Assembly (NCBI RefSeq): GCF_022539665.2
Contig: NC_081333.1
Coordinates: 4,402,001 to 4,466,000, forward strand
Source: Daphnia carinata
Lineage: Eukaryota
Direction: 5' to 3'
DNA: 64,000 nucleotides
Each line of letters begins with the position of its first letter. Positions within the stretch are counted from its first letter, which is position 1. Shown here piece by piece: positions 25,738 through 39,400 of the stretch. The position numbers were made by a program, and so were the translations under genes. A model generated the notes under the pieces. The model was not told the DNA's origin and ran no database searches. It saw nothing but the letters and a program-made list of their open reading frames with translations.

Positions 25738-27277
25738 TTATGCTGATGGAAACGTATCGCTCACTCTGACGTGCCTGGTAAACATACTCCCATCATACGG
25801 TGATCCCGAGCTTGGACCAGCAGGCTCGGAACCAGACTGATATTGAGCAGATGCTAAGGCAGCAGCAGATTGATGTAACATGGGCAAGAGATGTTCGGGA
25901 TACAATTCCTGTCTAACAGGTGTTGAACTGACTTGCGATTGGCTTTGCTGGTATTCTTGCTGTTGAGATGGAGGTGGAATACCGAAAATTGGCACTTGCA
26001 TGTCATGGATAGATGGACCTTCTACTTGTGACGGTCCTCCATTTAATGGGGCGTAAGATGAGGCAATATCAAAAGATTGAGAGGATGAAGAGGGACCAAA
26101 TGTTTGCTGTGATTCAACTGGAGTAAATTGAGGTTCTGCAGAGGCGGAAGATTGAGCTGGGCTGTATGACTGGGAAGACTCAGAGGAGCTGAACGATTGT
26201 TGAGGTGCTGGAATAGTAAAAGACTGAGGGGAGGAAGCTGGGCCGAACGGTTGGGATGGCACAGAAGAAAACTGGAGTTGCTGAGGTGCTTTCATAGAGC
26301 CAAATGATGGTCCGGACGGACCAAACTGAGAAGCACCGTAGGACTGCACAGAGGGACCATTTGGTGCCAGCTCTCTTTGAGGAATATTACTGAACGAGAA
26401 AGATTCAGGGCTCTGTTGCATTTGCATCATAGAAGGTGCGTTTCCATAGGTCGGCATAGATTGGACGTACTGGTTGGGTTGGGCGAATGGTTGGGGAAAC
26501 GATGATTGAATAACAGGATTACCAGTAGGAACTCCAAACTGAGCTGGAAACGAAGGCGGTGGAGGTGGAGAAAGGAATTTGGATGGAACAGATCCGACAG
26601 ATGCCGTAGGTTGCTGGAAATAAATAGAAGGAACTGCGTAGGATTGTGGCACACCTTGTTGCACAGCAAATGGAGCGAAATTCATCTGCGGGGCTGAGCT
26701 CAACGAAGGTGCTGGTTGCCAAGGACGTTGGAACGTCGGTTGAGGTAATTGCTGGAAGGAGGAGGGCAATCCATTGGACTGACTTCCGTACGAGTAGGAA
26801 GGACCTGACATGGAAACTTGTCCAGCGGGTAAAGGTAGTGGACCTAACCCCGATGGTACAGGCAACGGTCCTAAACCCATGCTCGGTTTGAAAATCGGGA
26901 CGGAAGTGAGTGGCTTCTGTTGCTTCTTGTGAGCTTGTCCACCAAACAATGCCTGTGATGATCACGAGAAACAGTTAATCTTTATGTCTACGAGTTAGAA
27001 ATTTTAAAAACAAGTTACAGGCGGTGGCACATGAACCGGATGGAGTTGAGGAGGCAGTGGGGCCGAACCGTACTGGGCAACGACCGCTGACAAAAGCATC
27101 GAAAATAGCAAGGCCTTCTGGTATGAAAAGAAACCAAGTTTACCATTAAATCATTACACAAGAAGCATGCATGCAAACTTTCAAAAAGAATAAAGTTTTA
27201 AGGTATTCGGTGGATGCAAGACAGTTAACCAAAATCAATACAAATATTGGATGTCTTACCTGTTTCGTGTGCGACAT
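25738..27277 (-). CDS. Secreted low-complexity Pro/Gln/Ser-rich protein (cuticle/eggshell-like structural protein), 3 exons
   Basis: MSHTKQ|KALLFSMLLSAVVAQYG signal peptide spans exons 1-2. A long exon 3 is rich in P/Q/S with SYG and QxFGPxSSxQSF motifs. TATA box upstream. Confidence 0.75.
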
Positions 27278-27332
27278 GTTGGTTGTTGTGGAGTTGAAAG
27301 TGTTGTCTTGCTCACAGCATCGACCACCTCCC

Positions 27333-27340
27333 TATTTATA
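27333..27340 (-). promoter_or_regulatory. TATA box of the P/Q/S-rich gene
   Basis: TATAAATA on the - strand ~56 nt upstream of ATG 27277. Confidence 0.55.
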
Positions 27341-29792
27341 CTTCCAGTCGGTACCCTCTTTGACCTGACCTTTCCCTTTTCAGTGCAAACTATGAGGTGA
27401 AATGTGAAAGGGCAGTAGTAAACACTGAAGAGTTGACCCCATTTTCCATCGGTTGAGCCGTCTTCACTTCCGGATTCTAGATTTCATCAACACAATGCAT
27501 TAAAATACTAAAGAAAATTAAATAAAAACATCTTTTACAGAGCTTCACAAGAAGGGAATCCTTACAAGCAAACAGCAGTGGAATCCAATTGTTTGAACGA
27601 AATCGAAATACATTTCGCTTTAATTAAAATACATGTAGGTTAGTCTATTCAGGTTAGTGTGCCAATACTAAAGGCAGGTCAGGTATCTTCACTTTTACTC
27701 ATCCGCCTAGGTCAACAAGTGCTCAATACCGTTATTCTCCCTATCATAGCTGTAAATTTTAAAAGGGAAACTTGAAATGAAAATACAAATACTATTAGTT
27801 AATCAATTTACGTTAGCTTTGAAATGAGTTACTAACTTTTACAAAATAGCATTTCCTACCTGCACTGGTATTGTTCTTTCGATTGGCAATCATGATGTTG
27901 AACTGTCTCCATTTCGTTTCTGTTCGCAACTTCCACACAAGCAAAGGTGATCCATCGATGAACGTTCGTGGCAATGACGTAAAACAATTGAAAATCGTCA
28001 GCTAAAGGTGTGGATGGGAAAAGGTAAGGGGCGTTTCTACAGCCGTTAATTGTCAGCACCTTGAAATAAAAAAACGTTATGTCAAGAAAATAGAGTAAAG
28101 GAATGGGTTTTCCAAAGCTTACCTAACCCCACCATTTTTTCCGATAATAGGTTGTTGGGATTCCACGAAGCAGTAAATTTTTCCCTTTCGATATCTAGTG
28201 AAATGACTAAAAAACCACAATACCACGAAATCAGAATGTTAGGAAAAAAAATCGGCCTAATCGTTGCGGGTATTCGGAACGCTCGGGAATTCTATAAAAC
28301 CACCCCTTCCTTTTTGATAAATCTGTAAAAACATACCGTATAAATGCATGTAACACTCTAGTCTATAATAAATGGTCTTACACAAAACAGAAAAGATGAC
28401 GTCATTCGGGATTGCCATGTAAATCACTCGTCTACTTGGGCGTTAGTCGGGGTGAATTTCTTTCATCGGCGGCAACGCTCCACCCATTTCTTATCGAGGC
28501 CGAAGATGCTTATCTTTGTCGACTGTCACATGTTGCAAAAAAGTTTCATTATGGAAAACATAACAGTGAACGGTTTGTTCGCCAACAGCAATTCAATTCA
28601 AGAAAAGTGCTACTGTGCATTCCGATTTGCGTGAATCTACACGACACGTTGTTATTCACGTGCTGTGATTTGATTCAAACCTGCCAAAATTTCTCACTAA
28701 AGTGATTGGTTACAAATAACTATGACCTTGCATTGCATACCGATGCTATTTTTATATATTTTTCTATAAATAAATGTAGGATATGGCGAATATATTGCAC
28801 GACGAGGTGCATAGAGTACGTGAATACGATCACGTAAATTAGTCGTTTCCAACGGGATGACGTACGTGCATCTCGCCGTGTCTAATGTCAAAACTGGAGC
28901 AAATACCTGAAGACCTGGATTTATATATTTAGACGTTTGTCATATACTGCTGTCACATGCAGACGTCCAGACTGTCAAAACGCGAGTCCATAAATATTTA
29001 TAGCTTACGTCGTTGAAAGAGGCTCTACGTTCACGCTCACCATTTGATTTAGAATATTTTACTTTGATATTTTTCACAATTACTTTCAGTTGAAATAATT
29101 TTAAGCAGTTACATCTCATCTAACAACAACTTATTTCGAAATGATAGGAGTTTCAGTTTTCCAAAATTTTTCAAAATTCATTTCATCATTTCGAACCTGT
29201 CGTTATTTTTTACTCAACATCTTTTGATGTTTTGTTCTGTGGGATTTGGGCTTCGTGAATTTCACATCAGTATACGTGGAGAGAGAAAACTGATTGCGAA
29301 AGAGTCACACGGAAAGAATGTTCGCCATTATTCGACATTAGTAATTCCTTTTGCATAGTCCGTCAAGTTTGTATACGTCAATGATCTGATTCAATGCCGA
29401 GGTCGAATCAAATGTCTTCTCTATTACGTGACAAAGATATTCTGATAGATACTACTACTAGATTTTTCTACTTTTTTTCTGTTTCACCACCTGTCGTCGT
29501 GTGTAGGCAGGAAAATGCAATCAACAAGAAACAACCATCGTCATCGATACAGCCACAACGACTACAAATCGTCCGTGCATGTTAAGTAACGGAAATTGCA
29601 TTTTTATGTCAAAATGCGTCAAAATCTCCTAATTATATGATTAATTGTTTCAGGATCGAATTCAGAACTTAAACTTATCATTTTTACGCCTTTAGTGCAC
29701 CTAGCAGACGACAAATCATTTCTTTCATTTTGAGGTAAGACTCGAATAAAAAGTTTATTTTCAGGAATAAAAGAAAAATGATACACTTACAT

Positions 29793-31531
29793 TTAATCAT
29801 CGCTATAGTAATCTACAGCCAGGTCGCCATGTTGCTCATTGATGACTGCATGAAGTGTGGCAATTTCATGATAGTTGACTAGTTGACATCGATACACTTT
29901 GAGGTTGGACAAACGTTCGGAACGTTCTACCACGGACCAAAGACTTTTCATCGAAATATAGGAGCAAGATTCCAGTTCAAGAGTCTCAAGATTGTGCCCG
30001 ACTAATTTCTCGATAAAAATATCGTCATCCAGCGTCTGACAGGCTCGTATTTTAATCTGTTTCATGTTTGTAGATGAAATGAGGGCGCTCAGACACAACC
30101 CTGGGACGTCGCGAACTGAATCATCCACGTCAACACGTTCACGATCGCGTATAATCACATGAAACTTGGACAGATATTGGATGGTCCTCGTTGACGTCTC
30201 TGTATGGTCATAGCTGTGATTCGATTCGAGGGATAAGGATGCGAGTTGACGGCAGTAATGAGCAATTCGTTGCAGATTGACGTTATGAATCCGGCCAAGC
30301 GATAAGTGTTCCAACGTCGGACCATGTTTGAGCAAAATCAAATCGAAACCTTCACGGAAATCCAATTTGGATTCGGTAATATTGTTACTGGCCAATAGGA
30401 CGTGCAGTTCACGGAGACAAACCAAATGTTCTAGTGATTGCAATTCCTTAGCCAATAAATGAGACGGGCCGTCAATGATAACCTGGATACACAAGGAATA
30501 GAAAAGGTAATTTCTTTTTAAATAAAGTAAATGATAAAAATTACCTGGACGGCGTGGCGACAGAGCTGGACAGCTCCTGGAAGACAGGAAAGTCGATACG
30601 AATAATCACTAATGAGTTGATGAAGAGAAAAGCTTGGCGGGGTAGTCAATGACCTGTTGCCTGAAAGATCTCGATAAATTTGCCCTAAAACGTTAATTGT
30701 ATTACGCCATTTAAGGCTTCGAAGCCCTGGGCAACCCTGTAAAACAGAACGAATGCCCCGCTCGTCCACCTGTGTTTGCATCAAGTCCAGGTGTTGCAAT
30801 TTCAACCCAACTTCGGCCTCCTCATTCAGACAGGAGATGCTCCAATTGGTTACACGTTCGCAAAGGGAAAGATCCAATTCCCTGCAAGATCGATAATTAA
30901 GTAACAATATCTACTAGGATAATCAACGTTTTACAAACACCTTAGATTGCGACAATGTCTAAGGATCGTGAGAACTTGCTGATCACTGCAGTTGGTCGAA
31001 CGAAGACTAATGATTTGAAGTGAGGTGAGTGATTGAATGATGTGAGACCAAAAAACATCCGGAATGCGTAGGACGTTAGAAAAATTGATCCGGATCAGGT
31101 TCTTTAAAAATGAGCGTTCAAAAAGACGATTAGCCATTCACTGATGAATTCAGAGTCGCTTACCGGTTTTCTAACATAAATAATATCTAGCACAGAATCA
31201 ATGTACGAATCCCATTCGTCGTGCTGATAAGGATTCGAAAGGTCAATGTTATTTACATGATCCGTAACAACCAATTGGAAATGCTGGGCAGTTAAATCTG
31301 GCCTAGTTTTTAATCGATTGAAAATCCGGCTGACCAAATCACTAGCTTAATAAAATAAAAATACAGAATCATAAAAAAAGAAGCAATTTCTATAAAGAGT
31401 AGTAAAACAAAACAATGTTTACTGAGGCAAACAAATTGCTGTCGATGATGACGAGAGAACCAATCAATGGAAGAGCAAATCTCTTTCAAACACGTTAACA
31501 CAAGTGTGGACGGTGAACGGCGCTTCGGCAT
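29793..31531 (-). CDS. Leucine-rich repeat protein (cysteine-containing LRR type) with an N-terminal BC-box-like motif
   Basis: MPKRRSPSTLVLTCLKEI start. Repeated LxxLxLxxC units (LRELDLSLCERVT, LQHLDLMQTQV, LETLELESCSYIS, LSNLKVYRCQLV). About 5 exons. Confidence 0.75.
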
Positions 31532-31736
31532 GACTACACGCGATTGGGCCAGGTGATAAATTAAAGTAACATTTTTCACTATCTTTCTACGGGAGCTGTC
31601 ACTACACCAATAAGACACCTCTGACGACTAGACGCACTACACACTGAATGAAATAAACTTGTGACCGTAACAATGGACATTTTCACATCCCTCCCCCGCC
31701 TTTTTTTTTGACGTCGCTCATTGGACGACCATCAAA

Positions 31737-31747
31737 GGGGAGTCCCC
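31737..31747. promoter_or_regulatory. kappaB-consensus site in the LRR gene promoter
   Basis: GGGGAGTCCCC matches GGGRNNYYCC, ~200 bp upstream of ATG 31531, near a TGACGTC and an ATTGG. Confidence 0.35.
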
Positions 31748-32286
31748 GCTTTTCCTTAACTTTTAATCTGACCCTCATCTTTCCAAGAAAAACTACCCCC
31801 TCTAACGGGTACGTGTAAACATGGGGGAGGGGGGCATAGGCTTTATTAGGAAGGAAAAAAAAAGGTGAACTGGTACGTCGGTGGTGTATGTGTATTTTGG
31901 GCAGTGAAAAAATACAAAGAACAAAATATCATAACCTGTTTTGCAAAATGTTTCTTTTTTTTTAACCACCAAACACTGACAAAATTCATTTTTCAAAAAG
32001 AACAAAAAAAAAGGTGGGTGGCTCCATTGTGTAACGGAGCACGTGCATATTGCGGTTCAAACGATAAAAAGCGGAAAAAAGTTTTTCATTCCAATTATGT
32101 AACCCCTTCCCCTCCATAAAAATGAGATTCCGGAGATAAATAAAGATCGTGTCAAGGATTTTTTTTTCTTTTTTTTTCGTACTTAAAGCTGCTGCATGTG
32201 ATCTCACAAAAAAAGTCACATTTTTTCAAAACGATTGACATCCAAACGAAAATTGAAGAATTTGGAGGGGAGACTCATTTTTAGCA

Positions 32287-33404
32287 TCAATGCTGAGCAA
32301 TGGGGATCATTTTTTCACCGGCAGCGATGGCTGGTAGAGGTGCTTCAATGGTCAGCACACCATCCTAGAATATAATTTGAGATATTAAAATCAATGCAAA
32401 GAGTCAAATTGGAAAATGGTGTTTTACCTTGGATAAGGATGAACGGATCAATTCCGGATTGGTTCCTTTGGGCAGGAGGAACTCGCGATTGTATTCTCTG
32501 TAAACGGATTTGGTCTCGGATTTCTCTTCGTGTTTGGCGTGGACAAGCAATTTGTTGTCGACTGTTTTGACGACGATCTCTTCGGGCGTGTACTGGGCAA
32601 CATCGAAACGCAATTTCAATTTCTTCTCTTCGCCATCTTCCTGGATCAGTGGAGAGTGAAGACCAGTCAACCAATCACCGGCGGGAGCGGCCAAAGCGCT
32701 GGAACATTCAAAATTTATTTTTTTTAATTCAATTTTTTTTTTAAATAAAAAAGAGAAACTATACACAAAGAAAAGTCTCGATAAAAAAAAGCCCCATCTG
32801 ATTAGTCGCCATTTTACCTGTGCATGTGAGAGGAAGAGGTAGAAGAAAGAGAAGACATTTGTTCCTTGACATCACCGATCCATTTGCGAGCCTCCGACAT
32901 GTGCACACCCGGCATCATAGAGCTTTTTATTATACGCGTAAGAAGGTTAAATAAGAAGCCATTGGTAAAGATGCACCGCGCGCGCGTGTATAAAGTTATG
33001 TTGTAGAGGTGGGGTTACCAGCCAAGAGAAAGAAGAAATGAATAGTTAATGAGTGTTATTCCATTGCCAACGGCATCAGTGAATATCTAAGCGATGCCTA
33101 ATATTATTATTTTTTTTTTTGAAGATCCCGGAAGACAACGGGATGATGGATGATGAAGGGGTTGGGTAAAAAAAAATGAATAGGTGGTTTACCTGTTAGT
33201 GGTGGAAGAGGTCGTGCTGCTAGTGGTGGACGAGCGTGAAAACAGGGACGACTGCTCGCGATTGAGCAATTCCGAGCGGAAGCGAGTCATTTCGTCTTCC
33301 ATTTTGCGCATTTCAGAATCGAAACGCTCACGGATCGAGTTGAATTCAGAGTCCAAAACGCTGAAATCTCCGAGTTTGATGGGGATAATGTTCTTGCCGG
33401 CCAT
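32287..33404 (-). CDS. Small heat-shock protein (alpha-crystallin domain, HSPB1/CG14207-like)
   Basis: FSVLDSEFNSIRERFDSEMRKMEDEM N-terminus; LRFDVAQYTPEEIVVKTVDNKLLVHAKHEEKS…REYNREFLLP…SSLSK|DGVLTIEAPLP; C-terminal IPI motif. Confidence 0.93.
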
Positions 33405-34078
33405 TTTGAATTACACCTGTACAAACGAATGAATATGTGCAATGACGTCAGGTAATTATTGGGCGGTGGCGGTCGACTGTCTCTCAAAAAAAAGAGAAAT
33501 ACGAAAAGATGAGAGAATTAATCCGACCCGACAACGGGCCAGCCCAGCAGGTAAGAAAATACCCGCTGAGTTTGTGAAAGAAAAACAACACCCAAATGTC
33601 TTTCTCCGCCAAGGTTACGTGACCATAAAAGGCGTTGAAAAGAGACACGGCCGGGCAAACACATTCGGGGTGGTAGGCCAAACCCTCTCCCTACTCAAAT
33701 ATCCACGACTTGTTTCGTTCTGTTTGTTTAGCTGCTAAACGAATAAGCCCACAACGTCAACTCTCATCTTTTTTTTTTTTTTAAACCCCATCGGCATAAA
33801 ATGAGTTGCCATAGCAACTGTTTACTATAAGTCTATTTCAGCTACGATAAAAACAAACGCCAAATCGTGATTGAAAAATTTTGATGTTTTACCTGAATAG
33901 TTGGAGAACAAACACACACGTGTGAAATCAAATGAAGAATGAACGAATCGCAAGAGGATTTGATACTGAAAGTGAGAGAGAGAGCGGGAGCACTGACTTC
34001 GTGTGTCGAGAGCAGCGAGCAACTGAAGCACTTTGTTGTTTGGAACTGTCTGGTTTGTGGGACCCGGGAGTTCTTCCT

Positions 34079-34085
34079 TTTTATA
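34079..34085 (-). promoter_or_regulatory. TATA box for the small HSP gene (non-coding first exon ~34050-33893)
   Basis: TATAAAA on the - strand, followed ~190 nt downstream by a CAG|GTAAAA donor at ~33892. An acceptor lies just upstream of ATG 33404. Confidence 0.5.
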
Positions 34086-36441
34086 CATAGAAAAAAAATG
34101 CGCTGGGGGAGCCTCGGTCTCGGAAATAGCCGGGCCACGCAGCGGGAGAGAGTGGGGTGGGCTTTCCAACACAAAACTGAGTGAATTGGGTAAGTCCTGT
34201 AGTAAGTGTGTGTAGCCCGTCTTTGGCGCTGGACCAAAATGAGAGACGCCCTTTTCGCCTTCCAGCAAATCTTCTTTCTTTTTCTCGCACCGTCTAGTAG
34301 GTTCGATATAAACGGGATTCCAGCACCGCGACGTTTAAACCGGACTTGCCGAATGAAAACAACGACGTTTTACAGTGAAATGTGCGAAACGCTAAAACGA
34401 TGAATCATTGGCTCATCGAAAAGTCCAGATTTATCAAAATGACTCAATCGAGAAAAAGGATATCTTTAAAAACTGAAACAGCTGTTTAGGGTCAGACTCT
34501 TTAATTATAATTAGAGAAAGAGGGCTGCTCTTTAACTTGTCACAAAAATAAACTCCAGACACAATAACGAACATACCAGACAACGCCCCGACTAGTCGAA
34601 ACGCACGCACGCATCAATTGATTTGCCTTTGCTTTATCATAAACAGAAAAAAAACATGTAATTTTTAAAATTCAAAAGGCGTTGGTGTTTCTAAAGAAAA
34701 TATTCTGATCGGCCACCGGTTGATGGATGCCAACGTCTAGTCGTGAGAGTCTACACCTAAAAAAGGTGTTGTTCTTGTCATTTCGTATGTAAATTTTCAT
34801 GAATTCATAAGATGTGACGTCACGTGAGGAGGTGTGATGTCACTGTACCAAGAATAGGTGCACGACGTCAGCGTTCTTAGCCAACCGACCAATAGGTGAG
34901 CTGATCAATACCCCAAGGGAGGTAAACATACAGTGAGTATAACCCAAAACTCTCGCTTGTAAAAAAAAAAAGCCTAACGGAAAAGGGAGGAGTCGTGAAA
35001 CTGAACGCAATGTTGGATGGGAACCGGTCAGCCCGTGTCCGTTTGTTTCTGGACCAAGAGTCACAGACAAACGCTTGACACTCCCCAGAGGCTTTGTTTT
35101 GCAACAGAAAAATGAAATTCAACTTGACACGCACGAATCAGCCTCACCTTAAATGGATGCTTGCTTCGCCAACTGTAAAGATTCAACAACGATTGAATTA
35201 TTTGACGAGCACAAAACAGACAACCAAGGACTAAAACGCTTTTGTTTACGCTGTAGTTGTCATTCGTCTGCTATGCAAGCAATGTTGCCAATTTTTCAGG
35301 AATTTGGTTAGGTTTTTTTTCTTTGTGATTATTTTCTTTTTATTCATGCGTGATCGATCGGCCGTTCTTGGAAGACAGCCAGAAAATTATGCCGTGTTTG
35401 TAGACAATAAAAAAGGAACTGGCGAATGGTCCTTTCATGACTGTCACTCTTTTTTTTTGCATTGGAGTTATTGTTGTTGATGATCAACTGCAGAAATTGC
35501 TCTTGTGTTCGTGTGTAAAATTGCGTTTTAATGACGATGAGTCCCGCAACATAACCAAATTTCCTTACAGAGGATATAGAGAATTATACATGGCTGTAAC
35601 ACGGCCATCATCATCGACAGTGGGTGTGCGATGATGTCAGTTGTTCTCGATTGTCGGCGAAACACCCAAACCACACGCAATAAGTTTATTCGTTTTTCTT
35701 CTTTCATCACCATCTTCAGTTATCTTTTTTTTGCCATTTCATGCAAGATAACTGATTTGTTTTTCACATCAAATTTGAAACAATATTTAAGTGGGTAAAG
35801 AGACAGAGAAAAGGAGAAGGGATCAAGAAACGGAGCAATAAATGGGGAGGGAAAACAAAATTTATCGTTTCTTAATTTTTTTTAAAGAGAAAACTTAAGC
35901 GCTTTATTCACGTTTTCAGATTCTACTAATGTTTTTTTTCTTTCTTTTTCAAGATTCAAAACTCCAACTTGCAAATATTCCAAAATGATACGTAGATGTT
36001 TTGTATGTTTCTATGCTTATCGCAACCAATTACCTTATAAGCGCAAAAAAAAAGGATGAAACTGAGGATTTACTTTTACAAAGAAAAGCAAAAACAACAT
36101 TGTCAAGAACAAACGAGGAAGTAGAAAAAAAATGGAGAAATGCACAGAAAAAAGAGAGAGAGAAATATAAAGAAAAAAGGGGGGGGGGATAAAACTTTGG
36201 TGGTTTTCTTTCCCTCAACAGGCCCTTTATTCCGCTTCCTTGCCCGGCATTGATTTAGAAATTTTTCAGATCAAGGGAGCAAAATGAACTTTTTCTCCCT
36301 TATAGTCTTTTTTTTTTTTTTGCGACACGCCCAAGACAAGCTTGTATAAGTACGAGAGAGATTGATAGAACGTGGGAAAAAAGAAATGGGAGGCGGGAGT
36401 TATAACGTCGGGTGTATGTGTATGAGGGAAATATGGGAGGA

Positions 36442-39400
36442 TTAGAGGTGGTGCCATTCGGTCACGACGAGGGCCTGCGAATTCTCCATGTACTTTGCCG
36501 CTTCGTTGTAGAGACCGTGGGAGCGCCAAAGGAGCTCCAACTTCCGGCGAGAGGCATCACAGATGTGGAGCGGATCACCACGACGTAGGCCCTGGTCCGT
36601 CTCGCCGTAAGCATCGACGTAAGGCGGAGGTAGAAAGCAACCTAATCAAAAGAATCTTGGCAATGCATCATTCATATTTTTTTTTAAAGCAAATTACCTT
36701 TGCTTTTGCCGGCCATCAGGAGCAATTTACATTCACGGACTCGTAGAAAGAGACATGCTCCCAATCCGCAGACCTGAGCGTGAGCCGTACAAGCCCCTAC
36801 TTGCTGCTGGTCCAGTTCCGTCTGGCAACAATAGCTCTAAAAAAAAAAAAAAAAAAACAGAAATAAATAAAAACAAATCAATTAGGAATAATGTTCGGTT
36901 GCATTACCTGAGAGCAAAGCATTTTGCCAGTAACGAGGCACATGGCCGGCGTGCGCGCCTCGTCCCCTTCGCTATTGGGGCACGTGAATAGAGAAGCTGC
37001 GTTAATGAGTTCACTATAGTCGGACGGAAGTGTAATGAGTCCGGAAGACATAACGGGAAAGGTCCACGGTGGTCTTGGTTTGGCTAATGTCGTCTCCGCC
37101 AACACGACGTCACTGGTGCTGGCCAATGGTGGAACAACGTTCCAGAGAGACAACAACGCTTTGCTCCAGCTTTCGGATACCAGCTGGCTTAAAGATTCCA
37201 CGCCTAAATAGCGTAACCACAGGACGGCTTCGGCGTAGTTATCGTAAGCATCATCCAGTTTTGGGTACGGGATGTTGGTGATGAAATGGAACAGGATGGC
37301 CGACGACCGCAAAAAGGGCAGGCACTGTTCCGTCACCCACTGTTCTGTGGGATTTGCATGGCTGGCAATATCAGGGCGGCCTAGTACTTGCAGGTAAGTC
37401 TGCCAACTTTCACTGGTGGTAAAGGTACTGGCACTGCATGACGGCTGATCCATATCCATATGTTCGGATGCAGGCGCCATGGTAGCCGCAATTTGCGTCA
37501 CATGACAGAACAAACACAAACGGAAAACGTGCCAAGCCTAAATGAGACGGACGATTAGAGCTGGTCATTGTAATCAACGCGGATTTAATTACCAGAATTG
37601 GGTTGAATTGGGGTACTCCTCGGACGTCGCTGTCAAAGGATGGCTCACTAAGTGAAGGCAAGGTACAAAAGAGGCCGAGCAAAAGACCGAATGCGTCAAT
37701 TTCTAAGACGGAAATTGTACTACTGGGGAGCAGAACCATACGCAGTAAGTGAAGTGCATAGTTCTTCATCACCTATTAAATAACGAAAATTTTATTTAGC
37801 TACTAAACAATAATCGATTTATTGATGAATTACTTCTTGTGAGGTGACGATGGACTCCATGGAAATAACCAACCGCAGGAGAGCTCTCAAGCCCTCCTCT
37901 TGGCGGGCGGCCAGTCCGGTTGACGGACTGTGATTCTGATAAGCAAGCAACGATTCGGTTGATAAGATGGTGAAAGCCGTTGCCTGGGCGATTGCCATCG
38001 GGACACGAATATCATCTGCGTTGGGGTTGGCTGCGACGGCCGTCTATATACAAACAGCGGTATAATATAAAATATTAATCGAGCGGATGAAGAAATCCAC
38101 AAGCAATTATTTATGATGATTTTAATACGAATAAAAAATTATTCAATTACTTGGTTAAGCATTTAGAAGAAAAAAAAGAAGAACAAAAAGTGGGCCTGTC
38201 CGGGATTTGAACCCGGGACCTCTCGCACCCAAAGCGAGAATCATACCCCTAGACCAACAGGCCACGTACTGAATGCGTTTCTAAAGCCATGTAGTTGCAC
38301 ACTCACAGCAGTTGCTTCAACTTGAACAAAATATCAATGAAACAGACCTTTACTTTCCTCACAAAATTAAGCAAAACGCAAATAGTTAAAGTAAGATTAT
38401 GCTTAAGTTAAAGGTAACAATTGAAAACTAATGGAAAACTCTATAGTGATATAAGCAGAATATTTTAGACAACGATGCTTTGCGATTGAGACATGGAATG
38501 AACTGCCGCTATTTGAATGAAACTGGAAAAAACAAAAAACCTTAAAAAAGTATTTATCAAATCCCTTTAAATAAGGAAGAACTAAATTCTTGTCTGAAAT
38601 TAAACCAAAAAGGAAAAAATATTCGACTGGGCCTGACCGGGATTTGAACCCGGGACCTCTCGCACCCGAAGCGAGAATCATACCCCTAGACCATCAGGCC
38701 GTATAAAAACAAGCTTACCGTATATACCGACTGGACGAACAATGAAGCCATCTCTTTTAGTGTTGTTGCTATCTTTGGTCGAGTGCGAGCCATCAGCACG
38801 TTCACAAACAGCTTGGATTTCATGGACCCCAACTTAGTTTCCAACTCAGCGGGTCCGCACGTTTCGTAGATGCTGGTGTTATCCGTTTTGCTGTATTTCA
38901 TTTCCCGACTGTTGTCAGCCAGGAGCTGCAGGCCCTCCAACCATATGCTCATATCAGCCTGGCCGGCTTCTGATCCACTGGGACGGACGCTCGACGCTGA
39001 ACGGTTAGGTAGAATGGGTAATACCGCATTGGACAAACTTTTACACAATGGGCAGAGAAATTCGTGGCGTTCCACGTCGAAACTTGCGCTCTGCCGAGGT
39101 CTACAATGAGGGGAAGAATATTTTCATTGACGTACCGAAAAAAAAGTTTATATTCGATTATTATTACCGATACGATCTTCTGCGTTCCCGGCCCAGAAGG
39201 GAGTCGAAATGTTGCTGCCAGCACTGAAAATGCATGACGTGACCACACGTTGATATATGGGTCCCGATCCGCCGGCCACCATCAATTAACATCGGCCACG
39301 TTTCAGGCAGCGGTTCTTCCACGGCATCCTTGTCATTCTTCCACCGTAGGACGGCTGATAGTTGGACGAAAGACGCCAAGACCATGACCGGCTGTTCGCC

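Noticed and set aside
38403..38681. 92-aa ORF starting [15 protein letters not shown]
   Set aside because: It is a translation of the tRNA-Pro gene and intron sequence, not a protein.
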